Shown one piece after another: positions 38,901 to 49,967 of a stretch of DNA of 64,000 nt (the first letter of the stretch is position 1; each line of letters begins with the position of its first letter). The position numbers and the translations under genes are program-made. This DNA is from Tubiluchus corallicola (lineage: Eukaryota; Animalia; Priapulida): NCBI GenBank assembly GCA_030141605.1, contig JAQGDQ010000149.1, positions 297,789 to 361,788 on the forward strand, in the 5' to 3' direction. Under the pieces are notes generated by a model that was given only the letters and a program-made list of their open reading frames with translations, made no database searches and was not told the origin of the DNA.

Positions 38901-41727
38901 GATTCATTTCGATTGCTGTAAATGTTCTCATTTTCATAATATAACCAATAATGCAAAAGATGTTAGATATATGTTATATTATATTTAGCACCTAACTAAT
39001 CTCCTGGAAAATTCTAATTTTTCTCTCATTTTATGATATTTTTGGTATTTTTGTATATTGTAACACAACTATTACCATTCATTTTTCTTAGTCAACAGAA
39101 CTGTTATCCAAATTATACACTGCGCATCATGAGGGAAAACAAAATTACGGATATGATAATGAGGTATGTAATTTCCTTTGGTTGTTGTTTTACATTGTGT
39201 GAATTTCATCGTTATCTTTCCTTATTTGTGAAAGACATAACTCTTTCTAGGAGAAATTCATTTTTTATCTTGTTGTCTTGTTATGTTCTTAAAGACATGT
39301 AAGGTTGTGTGCAAAATCGATTTTGCCAAAGGTGCCACTGTTGGTGACTTGGTATTTTCAGGAAGGTGGGTAGAAGTGCAGCACATGCTAATAGTTTGTT
39401 ATTCATAAAATATTTATGCTAGTGAAGGATCAAACTCTCTTCTTAATTTGTATTATAGTACTATTAACAGAATACGCTTGTTCACATCTGAAAAGGCCAC
39501 TTTTCCACTAGAGACATCTACTGAACATTTGTTTCCAATTCTTATTCCGTTGTCTATTCCAATTACCATCACTATGTGTAAGGATTATATTTATTTATAA
39601 TTCATTTTTTTCAAAACTAAACTGGTAGTTTTTTTCACTAACTTCAGCAACACGAGTACCATCATGCTTTGTGTTTTATAGTTGTTAATGTCTTACAATG
39701 CATTACAGGGCGAAGGTGCAGCTATCAAGGATTGCATAGAAGCTGGAATTTGGGATAGTTACTTAGTAAAAACCTGGGGTATCAAATTTGCAACTTCAGC
39801 TGCTGTGACTGTTTTACAAGTGGATCAGGTACCCCTTAAATGATTTTTGTTTTTTTGTGCTATCTGTGATTCAAAAGAAAAGTGTTTTTTTCAAACCTTC
39901 CCTGGTACTTCATTTTTACTTGTTGTCCAAAATATGCATTTTATTACTTATAATAATAATAATACTCTGTGATGTGATACTCAAAGAAAACACTGAAACA
40001 ATGTCAAAATAATGGAAATATGTAGCAAAACCTTGATTTACACAAAGGTTGTGCAAATTATCTGACTAGCCGGGCCACATAAATAATTTTCCGCAATTCC
40101 TGCAGACCACAGACACTTTGATCAAGGAACCAAGTACAGTAGGGCCTAATAACGATTTTTTGCAGCCGATTTGCGCACATCATTACTACTACACTCAAGA
40201 AACTATTTTAGAAGTTATTAAAATTTATATTACAAATCATATATTTCTACTTTCACGACAGATAGTGGTAATTTCATTACAACGCATATTAGTAATATGT
40301 ATCAGACAGTCTGTGTAGTACGGTGCATATTAACCTACCTTCGATGTTCTTCTTCAATTTTCCTAGTTTTTCATATCCATGTTACTGATGTATGAGAACA
40401 CTACACCTGATGAAACGACAAAACAGCCACTGATCCAGGCGTGTACTACTGAGCCTAATCAGAAACTAAAATCTGAGAATCTCCCTATATCGGGGGTGAC
40501 CACACTTTTTCAGCTTGCTGACTACTTACAAATTGATCTGCCCAGTCATCTTCTTGGTCATAGTAGGTAGATCATTTTGACTTGGTTATTTTATATTTTT
40601 ATATTTTATTTATAATTTATTTTGTAAAATAACCAGGTCAAAATGATCTACCTGCTGTGACCAAGAAGACGACTGGCAGATCAACAGCCTCAATAATAAA
40701 AGCCTAGAGATTGGCTGGTTGGTCTTCCTACCAGCCAATCAGATTGCTTCTCGCATTTCTCTACATTTGAGCGTATCAATGGCGCCTTCCGTAATAGTTT
40801 GCTGTATTCTGTGACTACATCGTTTTTTTGTGTTCCAAGTGAGTAACGTGTAATTTCGTCATGTCCAACAGTGGCATTACGTGACAACCGTCTTGTAAGG
40901 GTTAATGCCACCCGAGCTAGTGGAAAAAACTACTCGCGCTATCTTTGTGATTGTGGCGCGGACTTCAGCTGGATACACTCAAGTCATCGCCCGGACCGCA
41001 CTTTCATTAGGCTGACAAATCTCTTCTCGGGTGGCACAAAACCTCTCGGCAGGCCACAAGCGGCTTGCGGGCTGCACCTTGCACACCCCTGATTTACACA
41101 ATCCCTTTGCAGTTAAGTTATTTTCCAAGCTGAACAACACCTTGTAAATGGTGACAAAGTTCAGAATTCTGTTATACGATAAGCAACATTTTTCAATTCA
41201 TGAAAGGCACTGCTGTAAAACTAAAATATATAACTTGTGTACTTCATGCTGTATATGTAGGTATGCAGCTTGTTTTGAGAAAATTTGGAATTAAAGGAAA
41301 GGTCGACCTTTGTGCGAAGTTACAGTCTCAAAGATTTTATGCCTGGGCATTCAAATTTCACCATTTTTAATGCTTATTCGTCCACCAGCGACATCGTTCA
41401 ATGGCTGAAGGAAAGTAGTAATACGTAGGACTGTTGATGGGTGTATAGAAATAAATTCAAAAATAAAGCACCAAAATTGTGACAAAATTCAGAATTCTGA
41501 TATGTGATAAAAATGGTCATTTCTAGTAATTATAAACAAAATTGGCAATGAATAGTGACACTGAGGATCTGATTTTAGTGGGTTTTTTACTTTTCCAACA
41601 ATGGCCTTTTATAGTTCTTGGCTATTGTGCTGTTTTTAATGCTTTGTCTCAATTTTTATAGATAATCATGGCAAAGGAAGCAGGTGGACCAAAGCCAAAG
41701 AAGAACGAAGCTTGGGACGAAGACTGA
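26894..41727 (+). CDS. CCT8: T-complex protein 1 subunit theta (CCT/TRiC chaperonin subunit 8), complete, 14 exons, 544 aa
   Basis: Exons 26894-26953, 28550-28640, 29038-29117, 29692-29823, 34277-34346, 34626-34754, 35238-35437, 35819-36064, 36770-36973, 37780-37851, 38775-38867, 39092-39163, 39709-39828, 41662-41727. All introns are GT-AG, phases match and the total is 1635 nt. Protein MALHVPQAPGFASMLKEGAKHFGGLEEAV...VTNDAATI...EVGDGTN...SKQYGNE...FNVDNVRVCKILG...DDIERAVDDG...VDQIIMAKEAGGPKPKKNEAWDED* is diagnostic of CCT8. Confidence 0.98.
28181..28374 (+). ncRNA. Candidate intronic structured RNA (H/ACA-snoRNA-like hairpin-hinge-hairpin-ACA) in CCT8 intron 1
   Basis: Hairpin 1: TGATGCAGC/GTTGCATCA with inner CAATGCTTGG/CTAGGCATTG. 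Hinge ATAATA (ANANNA) at 28291. Hairpin 2: AGCTTATTGGCT/AGCTAATAAGCT plus outer stems. ACA at 28369. Confidence 0.3.
30460..33862 (+). mobile_element. Decayed near-full-length non-LTR retrotransposon (LINE, probably L2/CR1 group) in CCT8 intron 4
   Basis: Frameshifted ORF1-like region (MPASCGHC...CDKC, coiled coil, NLMITGIPE...RPVLVTF). APE endonuclease motifs (LRICSWNINCI, VIIGDFNSRLG, SNHTPI). RT motifs (FVDFEKTYDRV, GMKQG, TMDDTAIL, YVYLG) and C-terminal RLQSHRLRIETGRW..RLC. Ends in AATAAA (33843) plus an (ACAT)n tail. Several stops and frameshifts; 5' boundary approximate. Confidence 0.92.
36302..36483. repeat. ~180-bp palindrome with two head-to-head degenerate hammerhead ribozyme cores (Penelope-like element remnant)
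   Basis: Imperfect inverted arms of about 90 bp centred near 36393. Minus strand reads GGTC-CTAAAGA-T-GACTGC-TAGTGT-GCAGTC-GAAAC-GTT-GACT; plus strand reads CTGAAGG-T-AATTGC-TAGTGT-GCAGTT-GAAAC-ATT. Confidence 0.7.
38135..38560 (-). mobile_element. Possible old LINE 3'-end fragment in CCT8 intron 10
   Basis: Minus strand ends in GGCAAATAAAGATTATT next to a (TA)n run, with degraded coding-like composition upstream. Confidence 0.3.
40044..41091. mobile_element. hAT-superfamily non-autonomous element (1048 bp) in CCT8 intron 13
   Basis: Perfect 8-bp TSD ATTTACAC (40036-40043 and 41092-41099). TIRs AAAGGTTGTGCAA / TTGCACACCCCTG. Both ends align in reverse orientation with 15478-15977, with about 550 bp extra internal sequence. 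Confidence 0.9.
41151..41510 (+). repeat. Copy of CCT8 3'-flank sequence inserted in the last intron, bounded by ~32-bp direct repeats
   Basis: 41181-41420 matches 41971-42298 with an internal gap. Flanks are GTGACAAAGTTCAGAATTCTGTTATACGATAA and GTGACAAAATTCAGAATTCTGATATGTGATAA. Confidence 0.8.
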
Positions 41728-42084
41728 TATTACTCACAGCTAGAAAATTTAATTTGTTTCAGTTTTTTATTCCTGCATACTGCTTCTTTTTTAAATCCTT
41801 TGTAAATACTGTCTTCAGCTCAAAAAGTTTTTGTTTCAGCACCTATGTTCATGTTTTCTTAATATTAACATTTATGCTATGTTTCATAAAGAAGCATTAT
41901 ATGTGTACTGTGTATTGTTTTTTGTATACACATCCTAAAATTAATACAGTTATGCTTTTTTGTGCTTTGTAAGCAACATTTTTCAATTTATGAAAAATAC
42001 TGCAGTAAAACTAAAATATTTGACTTGTGTACTTCATGTTATATATGTAGGTATGTAGCTTGTTTTGAGAAAATTTGGAATTAA

Positions 42085-42672
42085 AGGAAAGGCCAAGGCT
42101 TCTGTGAAGTTAAGCTTATTTCAGTGTTTGCAAACAATGTTAGAAGGATTTAATAATAAAAGTGTGGCAAACGCCTCGTGTAATTGACAAAATAATTTCA
42201 AAGTCACGATCGTTTCACGCTTGAGCACTCAAATCTCGTCATTTTGAATGCATATTCATCCCACAGTGACATCGTTCTATGGCTTTAGGAAAGCAGTGCA
42301 CTGTCAATTTCCACCAATAAGTTTTTTGGTAGCTGCTATTCATTTGAAAATTATGACATAACTGATTTACTTAATAACTTTATAATTATAAATAAATCGT
42401 GGCTTTCCATAAACTAATTCAAACTTCTGCAGCTCAACGAATGTTCTTGCAAAAATATCACAAAATTAGCTGTCTCATTTGTTATAAAAACGGAAATTGA
42501 TATTGCACTGTTTTTCTTCAACTGATGAATGAATGGAGGAATAGATATTCAAAATGCACTCAAGCTACTATAAAGTGATTTTAAAATTACACAAGGTACT
42601 TATCACATTTTTATTACTAAATCCTAACATTTTTTGTGAGCTTTGAAAAACACAGAAGTCTTGGTCTTTCCT
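42085..42672. mobile_element. TTAA-flanked non-autonomous DNA transposon (Kolobok-like)
   Basis: TTAA on both sides and TIR AGGAAAGGCCAAGGCTTCTGTG / CACAGAAGTCTTGGTCTTTCCT (20/22), with further imperfect subterminal inverted similarity. AG...CT termini with TTAA fit Kolobok better than piggyBac. Confidence 0.72.
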
Positions 42673-43310
42673 TTAAGCAGAACTATCAGTTATAGTAAAA
42701 ATTCGTAAATAGTAAAGCCTTAGGCATCTGAAGTAATTTGGCTGAAGAAATGCTTTGTATATTTTCACGAAGTGCTGATGGAATGTTTACTGTTACAGTC
42801 TGTATTTGCAGGGTTTAATTTTTATAAGCAGCAACACCAAAATGTTGTACCATGGCAAAAATGGTTCAAGGATTCAGAAACCAATGAAATTTTAAATTTT
42901 TGTTAATTCAGAACGTTGTTTCTGAATGCTGGGCATTAAGAAAATAAAAAAATTTGTGTGGTAGTTGTAATGCTAGACGTAATGTTGTACATGTATAAAC
43001 ATACGCATTTGCACACGCACGTGAACTGAAAATTATACACTACTAAAAATACAGATAATTGGACCTGGATAAGGAGGTGTTAGCATTTTTTCTTAATTAT
43101 TTGGATTTAGTTTTTGGCTAAGCCTTGACATGCTAGTGTGCCATCAGAACGTCAATTCACAAAAAAATATTTATTTTTAATGCTCTGAAAATCTAGTAAT
43201 AGTGTCAAACAAGGAATTAAGTACAGTAAACAAACTTCGAAATAATAATTTTCCTCTTTATTACACACAGTAATCCCTGTTGGTACGAAAAATAAAACAT
43301 TTCACTTGAC

Positions 43311-44035
43311 AATAATGATAATAATTTATTGAATATTTAAAATGCATTAACATTAAAAATGGACAAATGCATTTTAGATACTTAAAATATTAACGCATAA
43401 ATAGTGCATACACAGTAGGCTGTAGGCTAGTACATACACAATAAATAAAACTAAAATCGCAATACATGTATAAAAAAATCAGCCGTAATTAAATTTATAA
43501 GTCCATGTTTAATTTCTAATTAATTAAAAAGGCTTCTTTATAAAAATAAGTTTTAAGGAATGATCGGAAATTCGAACATTATTGATTTTACGTGTAAGAA
43601 TTGGTAAATAATTCCATAATTTTGGTGCCGCTACGCTAAAACCATGAGAACCATATATGACTAGATTAAAATGCGGTACAACAAGTGTCGATGAATTAAT
43701 TGATCTAAGTTTGCGATTGGGAATATTTCAGAGCTTTGAATGTTAATAAGAGAATTTTGTATTTTATTCTGAAAGAAACGATCAGCCAGTGCAATTGCAT
43801 GAGAACAGGAGTTACGTGATCATATTTACGACTGCCTGTAATAATTCGGGCCGCTGTGTTGTATACATGTTGCAGTTCATCAATCTGATACTGAGGACTA
43901 CCAAAAAGTGTGCTATTACAATAGTCTAATCGAGAACTGATAAACGCGTGGATAAGAGTTTCACTGGCTGGTTTTGATAAACAATGTCTAATTTTAGAAA
44001 TGTTCCTTAAATAGAAATACATAGTTTTGACAGCT
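43311..44035 (-). mobile_element. 5'-truncated L2/CR1-type LINE fragment (ORF2 C-terminus and 3' tail)
   Basis: ORF 43705-44022 YFYLRNISKIR..LIHAFISSRLDYCNS..KYDHVTPVLMQLHWL..RIKYKILLLTFKAL, followed in another frame by YGSHGFSVAAPKLWNYLP. On the minus strand it ends in AATAAA plus a (TTA)-like tail near 43311. Confidence 0.88.
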
Positions 44036-44799
44036 GCTAATTTAAACTTTGCAGAGTAAAATGGAGACTAGTAGTAAAAACACTAAGTACTACATGTAAT
44101 TTGTTTAAAAACTGTGCACAGAAATCACAGAAAATTTGTACTCAGATATCAAAGCAAATTTGTACTAATTGCATGCTGATTCAAACGTTTAATAATAAAG
44201 AACATTATGTAATTGAAGTGGTGAATTATTCGAATCCATAATTTTAGATTTAAATAGAATTCGAATAAAAGAATTCGCTCGATTTGAATTTGAACGTTCG
44301 ATATTCATCACTGGTTTTTAGTTTGTAAAAACAACCTTGAACCTGTAAGTGTTGCACATAATTTATAAGTGCTATTATTATATTAATGTCTTGCCATTGA
44401 TATAAAGTCATAAGCGAGGATAATAGCTGAATAATCATTATGTGTAGTTACGGCAATCAAGGTTAAGCAATACTTATTCTGGTTAATAAATGGACGGATG
44501 TCTGCTAATGGGCAATGCTATCTGCTGTGCTGCATCAGTATGTTGAGGGAAAATGTATAGTTTTAATACCCAAATATGATTAAGACATTGCTATTTCATT
44601 GTGTCGTTGTAATTAACTAGACTCTGTTCGACCATGACAGTTTCCGTCATTTCGCTATGCATGTTTTACAGTGAGCCCACATGCATTAAAAGGGTTAATG
44701 TAAAATCACAGAACAATCAGAAATTATAGATCTGTCAGGTGGAATGCCGAAATAGATTCAAATTACAGTTTGATTAGATGATTGTGCGTGTCAGATATC

Positions 44800-46009
44800 T
44801 GTTGTGGAGATCGCTAGCATCTATTAAAATCTATTATAGTAGAACAATCTTTTTACCTTGTAGAAGCAATAGTAGATTCTAGAACTTTCTATACACGATG
44901 CGCGTAGTAGTTTCTAAATTGTTCTGGTGTTGTCCATTTGCACTGATATATAAGGTGGAGCTGGCCGCTCAAGTTTATTCTCGTATTCTCAGATTAATCT
45001 CAGATTATCCTATGCTATTTTACTATCTCTTGACTGTACATATTTTGTGTTCCTTCATACTTTGTGTTGTGGAATTCTCACACAATAAACCTGTTAAATT
45101 TGACAACATGTTTTCTTGTTTTCTCTACGAGCCTTCCGAGAGAAAGAAACACAACAAATTTTGGTAACTCAGGATCCTTGGTAACTCAGTGGACAGTTGT
45201 TTATCCTAGCAATGATAGCGAAGCAGATTGACGAACTTATCAAGCTCCTCACGCAGCAGCACAAAGAAGAAATGGCTCAGCTGATTCATCTTCAGAGGGA
45301 ACAGATGGATCGGCAGGCACGGCAGCACAAAGAAGATATGGACATTATGAAGAGGCTGCATCAGGCCCGAACTCTGGAAGACGATTCCAGGTCAAGCGCC
45401 CATCTTCTACCAGCATCGGCACTTACAGCTGCTATTCCATCATTCGCTGCTTTTGAACCAACTTCGGAATTGTGGCCAGATTACTGGTCAAGATTTTGTA
45501 CCTTTGTGGCTGCCAACGCAGTGCCTGACCAACGCAAGGCTCAAGTTTTCCTGATAAATCAGACTGCTGCCATCTACAAACAACTGCAAATCTGGCGACG
45601 CAACAGTCTCCATCCCAGGACATCAATGAACTGTCTATAGACGAGATCGTCGGCTTTATGAAGGAATAGTCTGACCCGATACTCTTCATTGTGTGAGAAC
45701 ATTTCAAGTTCTGGAGTGACATGCAAAGGAAGCCAGGCAAAACTCTCCAGGAGTTAGCAGCTCGTATACGCCAAGACGCTGCTACCTATGACTTTTCTTC
45801 AGTCCAAGACCCACAAGATGAAGCTCTGAGGTAGAGATTCATATGTTCTGTCAACAAAGAAGCTGTCTTGAAGGATATTTTCAAGATCAAGGACGAAGAT
45901 CTGACTTTCTCCCATGCTGTCCAAGTCGCTATCGAGACTGAAGATGCGGTAAAGGTTGCCAAGGAAACAGTAGCTAAACCAGAACAAGGGTCAATGAAGG
46001 AACCATCAG
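44800..46009 (+). mobile_element. Truncated Ty3/Gypsy LTR retrotransposon, copy A (LTR plus degraded gag)
   Basis: LTR 44800-45156 bounded by TGTTGTG...CACAACA. Gag fragments WPDYWSRFCTFVAANAVPDQRKAQVFL, FKFWSDMQRKPG and KDEDLTFSHAVQVAIETEDA, with stops and frameshifts. No 3' LTR. Confidence 0.88.
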
Positions 46010-48322
46010 AAGAGGGCATCTCCAGGCAGATCACTGGTCAGGTTCTCCAAGATCTCCTGAAAGTAACCAGGTGCTGACTTGATTCTGAAAGGGAGTCGTT
46101 ACTGCAGGAATACCCCACGGTAGGTGCCGAGAGCTAGCCTGCATTGACTCTCGGGTGGCAGCTTAAACTAGGCAACAGCAAGGTCGATCTTCGTGTAGCC
46201 TTATCCGCCTCCCAGCTTCTGCATCAGTTCCTCTGGGAGTGGCATCGGATGATGGTGATGACTAGTCACTACAGATCCGCAACTTGGGCTTCTGAATGCC
46301 CGGAGTCTAAGCTTTACGAATCGGTACCACTGGCATTCCATATTCGTTTAACTGGACTGGCTTCCTAACACCTTTGGCTATGCCTTCTTCGTAACCGGTC
46401 GTGCCTTGTGAAAAACCGGCTTCGCATCAGGCTTGAACTTTACTTCCAGCTCGAAGTCCTTAAGACACCCGAATTCTTCTTTGAAGAGATCTGGGAACTC
46501 ATCACACTGGTTGTGGCAATCTCGTTGCAGGGAAGCATAAGACATGTCAGAGATCTTTGGACACTTTTTAACACCCTTGCTTTTGTCGTGACTCTCTATG
46601 CTTCTCAGTCCTAGGGCATTGTCCACAGAAATTCCCAGAAACTGGGTAGCAGGTTCAGGTCAGGGATCTTGGTGACAATGTAGGGGATTGAGCTTTGTTT
46701 AGCAGTCTTTGGATCCTTGGTGTGGCCCATGAAAATTCCCAGCACTGGCAGATTGTGCTTGCTGGCAGACTCCTAATGATGTCTGATATCGTCCAACTTT
46801 GGCTTTCCTAGTTGTTTCTAGACCGGCACTGAAACGAAATTTCCCGTGGTTGCAGTGTCAAGTTCCATCTTGAACTGTTGGTCTTGGATGTTGACTTCGA
46901 CATCCACACTAGGAGAGTCTTCAGGAACTTCACCGAGGATCATCTTAACAAGCCCATCTTTCGTGATTCTCCTCACGAACTTCCCAGATTTCAAGTTCCG
47001 TTGCTGTTGTTGCTTCCAAATGTCCTTTCTTGTCACAGAAATGGCACTTGGCATCTTTGTAGGGACAGTCTGTCACTTTGTGGGCCTTTCCACAACGGTA
47101 GCACTTTGTATCAGTGTTTGTGGAATTTGACTGCTGATGGTTCCTTAGTTGACCCTTGTTCTGGTTCAGCTTGACTTTGTTGACGGGCCTGGTCTTGGAA
47201 CCGTAGACTGTTTCCTTGGCAACCTTGGCCGCATCTTCAATCTCAATAGCGACTTGGACAGCACGGGCGAAAGTCAGATCTTCGTCCTTGATCTCGAAAA
47301 TAGTCTTCAAGACAGCTTCGTTGTTGACAGAGCATACGAATCTCTGCCTCAGAGCTTCACCTTGTGGGTCTTGGATTGAAGAAAAGTCATAGGTAGCAGT
47401 GTTTTGGTATATGCGAGCTGCAACTCCTGGAGAGTTTCGCCTGGCTTCCTTTGCATGTCACTCCAGAACTTGAAACGTTCTCGCACAATGAAGAGTTTTG
47501 GGTCAAACTGTTCCTTCATAAAGTTGACCATCTCGTCCATAGACATTTCATTGATGTCCTTGGATCTTGGATGGAGACTGTTGTGTCGCCAGATTTGCCA
47601 GTTGTTTGTAGATGGCAGCAGTCTGATTTTTCAGGAAAACTTGAGCCTTGCATTGGTCAGGCACTGCTTTGGCAGCCACGAAGGTACAAAATCTTGACCA
47701 GTAGTCAGGCCACAGTTCCGAAGTTGGTTCAAAAGCAGCAAATGGTGGAATAGCAGCTGTAAGCACCAGTGCAGGTGGAAGACGGGCGCTTGAACTGGCA
47801 TCATCTTCAGGAGTTCTGAAGCAGCCTCCTCATAACATCCATATCTTCTTTGTCCTGTGCCTGCCGATCCATCTGTTTGCAGAGGAGCTTGATAAGCTCG
47901 CCCATCTGCACTGCCATCTTTGCTAGGATAAACAACAGTCCACTGAGTCACCAAATATCCTGTCGACTGCGCCAAAATTTGTTGTGTTTTGTTTCTCTCA
48001 GAAGGCTCGTAGAGAAAACCAGAAAACACGTCAAATTAATCTAGTTTATTATACGAGAATTCTACAACACAAAAGTATGAAGGAACGCGAAATGTTTACA
48101 GTAAATGTGATAATCTGGAAACTTGAAAGCTAGAAAGCATATCTGAGAATACGAGGATACATGAGATTAAACTCCAGTGGCCAACTCCTACTTATATATC
48201 AGTGCAAAGAAACAATCGAGAAATAGAAAGTTCTCGAAACTTCTACAAGGTAAGAAGATTGCTCTACTATACTATAGAATGTTCTACAATTTTCTATTTA
48301 ATTCTAATGGATATCCACAACA
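46010..48322 (-). mobile_element. Truncated Ty3/Gypsy (Mag-like) LTR retrotransposon, copy B (LTR, PBS, gag, protease, RT N-half)
   Basis: LTR 48322-47980 (TG...CA). PBS TGGCGCAGTCGACAGGAT, complementary to a tRNA-Ser-type 3' end. Gag with tandem zinc knuckles CYRCGKAHKVTDCPYKDAKCHFCDKKGH, protease MELDTATTGNF, then EFPDLFKEE..KPVFHKARPV and RT PMPLPEELMQKLGGG..TKIDLA..RLPFRIKSAPGYFQ, broken just before the YxDD motif. Confidence 0.92.
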
Positions 48323-49967
48323 AAGACAATGAGCTAACACCACTAGACACTCATTATTGTATAAACATATTGAGTTGTTAATGATGGAATAATCTCCAGC
48401 CAGATAGAGGTAGTTGAAGCTCCATTGATGTCTTCAAGTCTGGTTTGAGTCATATGATAAATTTTACAGTGACTACCAATACCAATACACTTGAAATTTA
48501 TCTGCATAAGCTTTGAGCTACTCACCACCTAGGTGAGCTATTTCTATATGAACGAAACTAAACCAAACAAAATCGTTGAAGTTCTGTGACAAACTACAAA
48601 CAACCATCATGCACACTTTTATTGCTGCATAACTTGCTATTATTTTAGTCTATTATTGTGCCATCAATGAAATGTACAGTACTAATGATGTTTTACAAGT
48701 GTGTGAGCTCAAGAGTGCAAGTATATATATTTGTGAGTGCAAACGACTAAGTATCATTTTTATCTATGGGCTGTTAAATCTAAGTTAGCGTGAAAAAACT
48801 TGCTTCTTTTGCATTATATGCGCCTGTGGGCTGGCACTGTTGTATTTCCTGAGAAGTGCAAACTGAAAAGCAGACGTTTTTGGATTTTCTATTCTGTCAG
48901 GCAAGTCTTGAAGGCAGATTTCTCTTATTTTAGAATTCTGCCTGCCCAATGTCTACAACAGACTTGATGGCCGTATGATGATGAATTTTTTACTTGCTAT
49001 AATAACTAAAGTTTACTATTTTTTAGTTTAAACGACTGTGCACAAAGTTTTAGGTTTCTGTAAAAAAACAGTGAAAATAGTAAGTATAAAACTAAACTAA
49101 TCATTATAATTTTTTTAAAGGAACTTACTATTGACTGAATGTGAGTAGTCTGTAGCCTATATTAATGATAATTGATGTCACTCAGTTCTGCTTGTAGCTG
49201 AAAAACTGGGTGCAGCGAATTGAGATGCAGCAATTTATTGCTACATTTGGAGTTGTAGGATGTAGGTGCCTTAACCGTGCGTATTTGCTGCAGTATGTAA
49301 CTTCAAACCAACTGCTTCTTGCTGTATAATAATCAAAATTATAATAAAAGTTAATTGTAGGATAGTGTTGAAAAAACTGCTAAAATCATTGCTTGATTTT
49401 AAATGATCTTATTAACAAAAGTGAAACTTAGAAACAAACAAAGTTCAACAATTTTCGCATTTTTCTTTGTTCTTATGTATTTTACGTACTGTTTTCTGAC
49501 ACACAATGTAGCTGCTATTAAGTACTTACTAAAGTTACAATTATTTAGGTCTATAATGTACTGTACATTTAAAAATATATAGCTAGTTGCAATCAGATGT
49601 TGTACTCATTTGTTCTAGTAACAGTTGATGACAGAAAAAGAAATGAGTAACATTTAGAATTATAAATATTTTCGCGAAGTTTTGCTTGCTACTAAAAACC
49701 AAAATCATAGCATATTGTTTTGTTTTTGTTTCTGTTTTTATTTTGAATATTATAGAATTGCAAATCTTTTTCTGATGTATTTTTTCTCATTATCACACTA
49801 AAATTTCAATTTTTCGCACATGTGTTGTAATGTACTACCCCATATAAGCCGTATATCTGAACAGAGTAATAATAAGTTAATATAATAAAATAATAGCATC
49901 TCAAAACTAAGCTTTGGCTAGAGATTTGATTAGTCGTAATTAGATATTTTGTTTATTACTAGCACTG

